52,962 nt of DNA from Octopus bimaculoides (Eukaryota): contig NC_068982.1 in the NCBI RefSeq assembly GCF_001194135.2, positions 103,966,420-104,019,381 on the forward strand, in the 5' to 3' direction. Position numbers and translations under genes: made by a program. Positions 12,525 to 21,609 of the stretch are shown here, one piece after another (the stretch's first letter is position 1; each line of letters begins with the position of its first letter). The notes below the pieces were generated by a model. The model was not told the DNA's origin, made no database searches, and saw nothing but the letters and a program-made list of their open reading frames with translations.

Positions 12525-13252
12525 CTGTAAAACGAAAGGAAAACATATATGTTCATGATTCCATTTATGATTTTAAATTGTACAACATTTAAATTGCTTA
12601 ATGCAGCAGTCCATATGGAGTCAGAGATCGGTCTACTCGTCTTAGGCATCATGTAAGTCCATGTATGTATCAATGGCGTAATTGGATACATATTGCAAAG
12701 TGCATCATTTTGTGTAAAAAAAAAGAGAAAGCAAAGCTCAACATATCACCACATGCATTTCAATAGCATGGTTATTTATTAAAAATATAAAGTACATTAT
12801 ATAACATTACATAATTCTGCATTGTCACATAACAATCCCATTTTATCAGGTGATATTCTATAGCCATTTCATGAAATACAATCAATCCATGGTGATAAAG
12901 ATGTTTATCCTTATAGATTTGCCTGCATTTAACCCAATATTACTGGATGATATGTTGTGGTTATGCCAGAATATGAAATTACGAAATGTTATGCAGTGTA
13001 TTTTATATTGATAATACATAATCACATGGTTGAGATGTGTTTCATGATGTTCTGAGCTATCCATTCAATTTTCATTGTCACACACATGCATTCACACACA
13101 CACACACAGAACACACACACACAAACAAACAAACACACACACACTCACATACACACACACACACACACACTCACACATACACAACAGTATAGATGGTTGA
13201 AGAGCTGCTCTTTAATCCAGGATAAGCAAATTATTATATCTTTAATAATTAT

Positions 13253-13795
13253 CCTGTCAGTATCAATGTGATGACCTTTTATTATGATAAAAGCAAAATT
13301 CTGTCTGTCTAGGATCTCTGCGTCTCAGTCTACATTTGTTCTACATGGACATAATAGACCTTTTTTGAAATCAGGATGATCCCGGCATTGAAAATTTGCC
13401 CTTGATTCTTCAACATCCAGCATTGGGATCTGATTTAAAAGTATTTTGTTTGCTACTTGTAGCAGGTAGAGCTTGGCTGATTCATGTCATCTTGGTTGGC
13501 ATTTGTTTGATGACATCAGAGATCAAGTGGGAGATAAATTACATTCGCTTCATTAATTTTATGTCAAGACAAGAACTTTGACACAAATTGGCCAACATTT
13601 GGGATTCAACTTGGGACATGAAGAATAGACTGGTTGCATGACAGATTCAATTCTCATCCATCTTTAACCTCTGATCAAACACCACCGGGCCATATAGTCA
13701 TTATAGATGTATTATAGTCCTCCATAGGAGAGCTAGTTTAAATGTCTGCACAGAGTGTAGCTTTTAAGAAAGTTAGAAATAAAGGCAGATTTTCT
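13253..13795 (-). pseudogene. Array exon split by ~500-bp insertion (3' half ..DTDR with donor gt>at; 5' half RKSAFIS.. running to TAG)
   Basis: GATACTGACAGG|ataatt at 13253 (donor mutated); acceptor half at 13795 reads RKSAFISNFLKSYTLCRHLN* (13733-13795). Confidence 0.7.
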
Positions 13796-14491
13796 CTGTA
13801 ATACAAAAGGAAAACATATATTTATGATTCTATTAACATTGTAAATATATTTCTTGATTTTAAATAGTACAGCATTTAAATTAGTCAGTAATGAGTTCAT
13901 ACAGAATCAGAGAGTTGTCTACTGGTCTTAGGCATCCTGCATATATCATATATACACTTATGTATATATCAATGGCATAATTGGTACATATTTCAAAGTG
14001 CATCATTTTGTATAAAAAATGAGAAATGGAAGCTCAACATATCATCACATGCATTTCAATAGCAAGTTTATTATTACAAATGCAAAGTACATTTTGTAAC
14101 ATTATATAATACTGCATTGTCACATAACCATGCCATTTCATTAGGTGATACTCAGCAATTATGTATTGAAATACAATCAAACTTTGGGGCAAAGATCTTT
14201 ATCTTCATAGATTTGCCTGCATTTTACCCTGTATGAGCGGAAGATATGTTGTGATTATGCCAGAATGTGAATTTACATAATGTGTACTTCATATTGATAG
14301 TAAAAATGATTACATTGTTGAGATGTGTATAATGATGTTTTGACCTATAGATTCAGGTTTCTTCACCTCACACACACACGCATACACACAGAACACACAC
14401 ACACACAACAAACACACACACAATGATATAAATGGTTGAATAGTTGCTTTTCAATCCTGAACAAGTACTTTAATATATCTGTAATAATTAC

Positions 14492-14536
14492 CATGTCAGC
14501 ATCCAGGGTATCATCCATAGAACTTAAGGCAGATCT
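14492..14536 (-). CDS. Array micro-exon 3 (45 nt): RSALSSMDDTLDADM
   Basis: ttttgttttacag|AGA...ATG|gtaatt; in-frame 3-nt deletion. Confidence 0.75.
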
Positions 14537-14995
14537 CTGTAAAACAAAAGGAAAACATATATGTTCATGATTCCATTTATGATTTCAAATTGTACAACAT
14601 TTAAATTGCTTAATGCAGCGGTCCACATGAAGTCAGAGACCTGTCTACTCGTCTTGGGCATCATGTAAGTCCATGTATGTATCAATGGTGTAATCGGGCA
14701 CATATTGCAAAGTGCATCATTTTGTGTAAAAAAAAAGAGAAAGCAAAGCTCAACATATCACCACATGCATTTCAATAGCATGGTTATCTATTAAAAATAC
14801 AAAGTACGTTATATAACATTACATAATTCTGCATTGTCACATAACAATCCCATTTGTTATTCAGTAGCCTCAAATTGTTATGTGACAATATCAAATGGGA
14901 TTGTTATGTGACAAACACCACCAGGCAATATAGTCATTATAGACGTATTATAGTGATGCTATTTAACTCTCGTTAGTTTTAGTCCTCCATAGGAG

Positions 14996-15058
14996 CTAGT
15001 TTAAATGTTTGCACAGAGTGTAGCTTTTAAGCTGGTTTGAAATATAGGCAGGTATTCT
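14996..15058 (-). pseudogene. Stop-containing array exon derivative RIPAYISNQLKSYTLCKHLN*
   Basis: Intact acceptor ttttgttttacag, 63 nt to TAG, no array-type donor. Confidence 0.65.
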
Positions 15059-15410
15059 CTGTAAAACAAAAGGAAAACATATATTCAAGATTCCATTAAT
15101 GTAGTAAATATATTTCTTGATTTTAAATAGTACAGTATTTAAATTAGTCAGTAAAGAGTTCATACAGAATCAGAGATTTTCCTACTGGTCTTAGGCATCC
15201 CGTATGTATCATATAAAATGGGATTGAAAAGAACTTTGGGACAAATTGAAATTTAACTTGGGACGCGAATGATTGCATTACTAATTCTTATTAATCTTTA
15301 ACCTCTCATCAAACACCACCGGGGCATATAGTTATTATAGACGTATTATAGTCATGCTATTTAGCTCTCCTTAGTTTTAGGCAACAAACCCTATTAGCCC
15401 TCCATAGGAG

Positions 15411-15473
15411 CTAGTGCAAATGTCCACACAAAGTGTAGCTTTTAAGAGAGTTAGAAATAAAGGCAGATTTTCT
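15411..15473 (-). pseudogene. Stop-containing array exon derivative RKSAFISNSLKSYTLCGHLH*
   Basis: Intact acceptor ttttgttttacag, 63 nt to TAG, no array-type donor. Confidence 0.65.
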
Positions 15474-15735
15474 CTGTAAAACAAAAGGAAAACACATATT
15501 CATAATTCTATTAACTTAGTAAACAAATTTCTTGATTATAAATAGTACAACATTTAAACTGGTCAGTGAAGAGACCATACAGAGCCAGAGTGTTGTCTAC
15601 TGGTCTTAAGCATCCTGTATATATCAATGGCATAACTGGTACATATTGCTACATATTGCATGATTTTGTGTAGAAAAAGAGAATGGAAAGCTCAACATAT
15701 CACCACATGCATTTCAACAGCATGATTATTTATTA

Positions 15736-17177
15736 CTAGCAGAAATACCCAGCTTTGCCCGGGTTAAAGAGATTAATGAAATCTAAAAACGCCTTCTAGA
15801 CTACGCAACCCTCAACTGTTAGTAGCTACGATACCATATTTCTACATTAATAACTCTCCAATCCATGCCAGCATGGAACATAGATATTAAGTGGAATGCC
15901 AGTCTCTCATCTGGGAGGGCCTTGAAATCAATGTTACCAACTGGGGACTATGTGTGTCGCAGTGATAATAAAAAGACTCAAAGGAGGTCTGCAACGAAAT
16001 AATTTTACTCAACACTTTGCAAGTGTATCAGTGGAGGCAAAGATGCGTCTCATTTACTTGACAATTTATGCACCACATTGCAGAAATCACAATGTAAGTA
16101 TATCTGAAAGGGTAGTCTTACACTGTTGTACTGTTGAATTACAAATAATGCTCATCTGTTATGTNNNNNNNNNNNNNNNNNNNNNNNNNNNNNNNNNNNN
16201 NNNNNNNNNNNNNNNNNNNNNNNNNNNNNNNNNNNNNNNNNNNNNNNNNNNNNNNNNNNNNNNNNNNNNNNNNNNNNNNNNNNNNNNNNNNNNNNNNNNN
16301 NNNNNNNNNNNNNNNNNNNNNNNNNNNNNNNNNNNNNNNNNNNNNNNNNNNNNNNNNNNNNNNNNNNNNNNNNNNNNNNNNNNNNNNNNNNNNNNNNNNN
16401 NNNNNNNNNNNNNNNNNNNNNNNNNNNNNNNNNNNNNNNNNNNNNNNNNNNNNNNNNNNNNNNNNNNNNNNNNNNNNNNNNNNNNNNNNNNNNNNNNNNN
16501 NNNNNNNNNNNNNNNNNNNNNNNNNNNNNNNNNNNNNNNNNNNNNNNNNNNNNNNNNNNNNNNNNNNNNNNNNNNNNNNNNNNNNNNNNNNNNNNNNNNN
16601 NNNNNNNNNNNNNNNNNNNNNNNNNNNNNNNNNNNNNNNNNNNNNNNNNNNNNNNNNNNNNNNNNNNNNNNNNNNNNNNNNNNNNNNNNNNNNNNNNNNN
16701 NNNNNNNNNNNNNNNNNNNNNNNNNNNNNNNNNNNNNNNNNNNNNNNNNNNNNNNNNNNNNNNNNNNNNNNNNNNNNNNNNNNNNNNNNNNNNNNNNNNN
16801 NNNNNNNNNNNNNNNNNNNNNNNNNNNNNNNNNNNNNNNNNNNNNNNNNNNNNNNNNNNNNNNNNNNNNNNNNNNNNNNNNNNNNNNNNNNNNNNNNNNN
16901 NNNNNNNNNNNNNNNNNNNNNNNNNNNNNNNNNNNNNNNNNNNNNNNNNNNNNNNNNNNNNNNNNNNNNNNNNNNNNNNNNNNNNNNNNNNNNNNNNNNN
17001 NNNNNNNNNNNNNNNNNNNNNNNNNNNNNNNNNNNNNNNNNNNNNNNNNNNNNNNNNNNNNNNNNNNNNNNNNNNNNNNNNNNNNNNNNNNNNNNNNNNN
17101 NNNNNNNNNNNNNNNNNNNNNNNNNNNNNNNNNNNNNNNNNNNNNNNTACATCTCTTTCTCTCTCTCTTTCTCTCTT

Positions 17178-17210
<33 letters not shown>

Positions 17211-17528
17211 GAAAGTATCTGTCATTACAGTATCGAATGTGATTGTTTCAGTTAGTGGAATAATTTCATTTTTAAAGTGAAAGTATTTGACATGAGTGTT
17301 TTTGTTTCACTTTTGACAGGTAATACTTAAATAGTGGAGGAGATATTATGTTGCCGTGGGCTCGAACTCTGCAAGAAGTTAAACATTTTTTTTGACTAAA
17401 ACACAACTGGAACCCTAAGTAAGGCATCTGTAAAATTTGAATGAAATTGGTTCCGTAGTTCTCGAGTTTTAGGGATTCACACAGACAGACAGACAGACAC
17501 ACATTCTCATTTTTATATATATAGATAG
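15736..17528 (+). mobile_element. Helentron/HINE (DINE-1-like) non-autonomous element, partly gapped
   Basis: Starts tactagcagaaatacccagctttgcccggg, ends aaattggttccgtagttctcgag...(CAGA)n...tttttatatatatagatagat; splits the unit consensus ttatttatta^tgaatgcaaag. Confidence 0.7.
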
Positions 17529-17793
17529 ATGAATGCAAAGTACATTATATAACATTATATAATTCTACATTGTCACATAACCATACCATTTCATTAGGTG
17601 ATACTCAGCAATTATGCATTGAAATACAATCAAATTTTCAGAATAAAGACCTTTATCTGCATAGAAATGTCATGATTATGCCAGAATGTGAATTTACATA
17701 ATGTTATGTAATGTACTTTACATTGATAGGAAATATTCACATTGTTGAGATGTGTATAATGATGTTTTGACCTATACATTCAGGTATCTTTAC

Positions 17794-17825
<32 letters not shown>

Positions 17826-17956
17826 CGCACACGCACACACACACACACACACATACATACATACACATTCACACATATGCACAGATAATGGCATAGTTGG
17901 TTGAATAGTTGCTTTTCAATCCAGGACAAGCAATTTAATATAGCTGTAATAATTAC

Positions 17957-18001
17957 CCTTTCAGAATCCAGATCTTCTTTGGAACTTAAGCCAGATATTC
18001 T
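17957..18001 (-). CDS. Array micro-exon 2 (45 nt): RISGLSSKEDLDSER
   Basis: ttttgttttacag|AGA...AGG|gtaatt; in-frame 3-nt deletion. Confidence 0.75.
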
Positions 18002-18630
18002 CTGTAAAACAAAAGGAAAACATATATGTTCATGATTCCATTAATGTAGTAAATATATTTCTTGATTTTAAATAGAACAGCATTTAAACTGGTGAGTTTA
18101 GTGGTCCACACACAGAGTCAGACAGTTGTCAACTAGTCTTTCGTACTCTGTAAATCCATGTATGTACCAATAATATAATTGGTACATATTGCAAAGTGAA
18201 TCACTTTGTGTAGAAAAGTGAATGGAAAGCTCAACATATCACGACATACATTTCAATAGCATGGTTATTTATTATGAATGCAAAGTAAGTTCTGTAACAT
18301 TACATAATTCTTCATTGTCACATAACAATCCCATTTCATCAGGTGATATTCAGTAGCCATTCAATGAAATGCAATCAGTCTTTGGGGATAAAGATGTTTA
18401 TCCTCACAGATTTGCCAGCATTTTACTCAGTATTACTGGCTGAAATGCGTTGATTATGCCAGAATATGAAATTACTGAATGTTATGCAGTGTACTTTACA
18501 TTAGTAATAAATAATCACACGGTTGAAATGCATATAATGATATTTTGAGCTATCCATTTTATTTTGTTTACTACATACATACATACATACATACATAAAT
18601 ACATGCATACGTACGTACATACATGCATGC

Positions 18631-18663
<33 letters not shown>

Positions 18664-18762
18664 TACATAAATATATATATATATAAATATACTATGGTAT
18701 AGATGGTTGAATAGTTACTTCTCAATCAAGGACAGGAAAATTGATATATCTTTAATTATTAC

Positions 18763-18810
18763 CCTCTCAATAACTCTGCCCTGCTCTTTAGAAATTGTGG
18801 CACCTTTTCT
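18763..18810 (-). CDS. Array micro-exon 1 (48 nt): RKGATISKEQGRVIER
   Basis: ttttcttttgcag|AGA...AGG|gtaata; phase 0/0; most divergent copy. Confidence 0.75.
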
Positions 18811-18906
18811 CTGCAAAAGAAAAGGAAGGCATACATATTTATGATTCTATTTACATCGTAAATATATTTCTTGATTTTAAATAGTCCATATAAATTTCTT
18901 CAAAAT

Positions 18907-19638
18907 ATGAGGGAAGTTAAAAATTACCCACACTTTTGCCATAACAGATCGTTATTACTGTCACACTTCCTTCTGTGCATGCGTGTTCATAGATGGTACT
19001 ACTGTGCTCATGTGATCAAAGTTTGAGCCTGATCACACCATTTATTGTTCTGGCTTTACAGTGTAAGTATGGCTGCTCCACTAGCAATGTGCACCAAAGA
19101 AGAACAAAGAGCAGTGACCCGATTTCTTTGGTCGGAAGGTGTGTCAGGTGCTAAAATTTATCAGAAGATTTTAAACACAATTGGTTGATGGTTTCAACAG
19201 TCTGGGCGACCATGTGTGGACGTGCATTGTCAAGCAGCAACAAAACTTTCTTCAACAATAGGCTTCAGTGTTTGGTGTGAATTGCTGGCTTCAATTTGTT
19301 TACCAGCAAAGCACTGTATCTTGCACTGTTGATCATACAACCCTTTTCCAGGTAGGCATCCAGTATGGGCCCTTTTGAGTTAGAATCACATTTCCTGTGG
19401 AAGACCGAGATTTGAATTTCTTCATCACTGGCAAGCCAGGATGTTTTCACTCCATACTCTGTCTTTTAGATTCTGCCTCATAATGATGGACCCACGTTTC
19501 ATCTCCAGTGACTATTTTGCTCAAAAATTCCTCACTCTCATTGTTGTAGCGATCAAGTAAATGTCAGTAGACCTCAAGACATTTGCACTTGTGCTCTGCA
19601 GTAAGCTCTCTTGGCACCCATCTTGCACAGACTTTATG
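18907..19638. mobile_element. Rearranged mariner transposase relic
   Basis: Plus strand from 19069: MAAPLAMCTKEEQRAVTRFLWSEGVSGAK (HTH). Minus strand 19638-19262: HKVCARWVPRELT...IVTGDETWVHHYE (linker and first catalytic Asp). Confidence 0.85.
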
Positions 19639-20380
19639 CTTGGGTAAATATATTTTTACACCTCATTGACTTTATGTTTGGGTAAATATATTTTTACACC
19701 TCATTGATCTAGAAACGTGCGTCCACAATTAATCAAGGTCGGGTAAATTCGTTATTTTTTCCTTTTTTGCCTTTGTAGTTTGCAAGTATTACTGTTTTTG
19801 GGAGTTGTATTTTAGTAGAGAAATAGTAGTTTTGGCTGCTATTTCTAATTTTCGGTGTGTGGTGAAGCAATACTTGCTGAACCCTAAATTTTAAATTGTG
19901 TTTATATATTTACTGATAATGGTTTTTAACACACCGAACTACTTGGTAAAATTACTAATTATCAATTAATTATTAATTTTTACCCTATGTCTGTATGAGT
20001 TTATTTGCTCCCTGATAGTAAACTGCAGTTTTCTGCAGGATTACTCGTAGTGCACATTGGTAATTGAAGAATGATATGATTTTCTCGCTTGTCTATATGA
20101 ATACAGAAATGCTGTTCTTGGATAATCATTTTGATGTCGCCTGATTGAATTAATTATTCTTTTATTAGCATTCTCGGATATATAATTTTGAAAAATTGTG
20201 CTGATGAAGGATATATGCTTGGATAAATATATTTTTACACCTCATTGATCTAGAAACGTGCGTCCACAATTAATCAAGGTCGGGTAGATTCGTTATTTTT
20301 TCCTTTTTTGCCTTTGTAGTTTGCAAGTATTACTGTTTTAGGGAGTCGAATTTTAGTAGAGAAATAGTAGTTTTGGCTGG
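19636..20380 (+). mobile_element. Penelope-type partial tandem terminal repeat (pLTR)
   Basis: ~165-bp direct repeat (19675-19845 and 20215-20380) plus a 35-bp third start; the right copy carries a hammerhead motif, typical of Penelope pLTRs. Confidence 0.6.
20194..20271 (+). ncRNA. Type I hammerhead ribozyme motif
   Basis: AATTGTG-CTGATGA-[45 nt]-GAAA-CGTGCGT-C^-CACAATT: both core boxes, perfect 7-bp stem I, short ACG/CGT stem III; stem II is long and imperfect. Confidence 0.6.
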
Positions 20381-20427
20381 GGACAAACTACCTGTATCAA
20401 CTTGCGATAAAATTAAGTAGTAATTTT

Positions 20428-21602
20428 ACCTTGTACTTATTCTTAGTGCAAGTTTTGAAGAGTGCAGTTCAATTTTAAAAGTTATTTTTCCAAAGCTATA
20501 ATGGAAGTGACAAAGGAGCATATTTGGCATATTTTGCTTAATGAGTACAACAAAGGCAACAATGCAACAGAAAGTGCAAGGAATATTAATGGAGTATATG
20601 GCGATGGGACAATAAGTGTAAGCCAGTGTCAACAGTAGTTCCAGAAATTCTGAGCCAGAAACTACAACCTATAAGAAAAGCCTCATCTCAGAAGATCTGT
20701 AGAGCTCAACAAGGATGTCCTGCAAACCCTGGTGGAACAAAATCCAGTCATACTGTTGAGGAACTAGCAGAGAAGCTTGGATTTGGTCATTCAACCATTC
20801 ATCAACACATGTGTGCCATCAGAAAAGTCAGCAAACTGGGTCAAGGGCTTCCTCACAAACTTTCCAAGTCTAATTGTGTGCAGAGAGTGAATGTGTGTTC
20901 TTCTTTGATGTCACATCATCACAAATGAACTATTTTTGGACCAAATAGTGACCAGTGACGAGAAATGGGTTCTCAATAAAAATATCAAACACTGAAGACA
21001 GTGGGTAAGGAAAAGAGAAACACCAGCACCCCAAGCTAAGGAAGATCTTTACCCATGTAAGGTATTGTTATCTGTTTGGTGGGATATGAAATGTTTAGTC
21101 CACTTTGAATTTTTTAACCCAAATCAACAATAACAGAGGAGATCTATTACAAGCAGCTTGAGCGGCTTAAGTCAGTGCTAGAAGAAAAATGATCAACTTT
21201 GGTTTCAAGACAAAAGGTGTTCTTCCATCAGAATAATGCTTGGCCACATACAGCGAGTATGACATTCCAAAGGCTGGAGCAGTTTGAATGGGAAACGATG
21301 CCCTACGCACTATATTCGCCAGATATTGCCCCATCTGATTATCATTTATTCCACAGTCTTTAAACTCATTTGGAAAAAATATGAATTCTGTAGATGAGGT
21401 CAGAACAGTACTGGAGGAGTATTTTCTGTCATGGACAAATGCATTTTGGAAGAAGTGCCTTGCAAGTCTACCAGATAGATGGAAGAACATTGTATAAAAT
21501 GAAGGAGTGTATATTTTAGATTAAAAAAGTACTTTGTCTATCTTAATTTTGAAAAATAGAAGTACAAAAAAACTGCATTATCTATGGTATGGCCCAATAT
21601 AT
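20428..21602 (+). mobile_element. Near full-length mariner (DD34D-type) transposase pseudogene, ORF 20501-21524
   Basis: MEVTKEHI.., IVTSDEKWV, HQNNAWPHTA, YSPDIAPSDYHLF motifs with stops and frameshifts; 3' TIR-like gcattatctatggtatggcccaata. Confidence 0.9.
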
Positions 21603-21609
21603 ACATACC

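Larger units (their letters stand above)
4320..18886 (-). repeat. Tandem array of exon-containing units (~0.55-0.9 kb, about 16 exon positions)
   Basis: Recurrent blocks caatggtatagatggttgaatagttgc, taataattacc[exon]ctgtaaaacaaaaggaaagcatatatatttatgattccattaat, agtcagacagttgtctactggtcttaggcattctgtaa, aaagaatggaaagctcaacatatcaccacatgcatttcaatagc and a (CA)n tract repeat in the same order in each unit. Confidence 0.95.

Noticed and set aside
4320-18886. CRISPR array or plain satellite interpretation of the tandem units
   Set aside because: The context is eukaryotic, units are 0.55-0.9 kb with no short repeat-spacer structure or cas genes, and each unit carries splice-bounded, frame-preserving exons.
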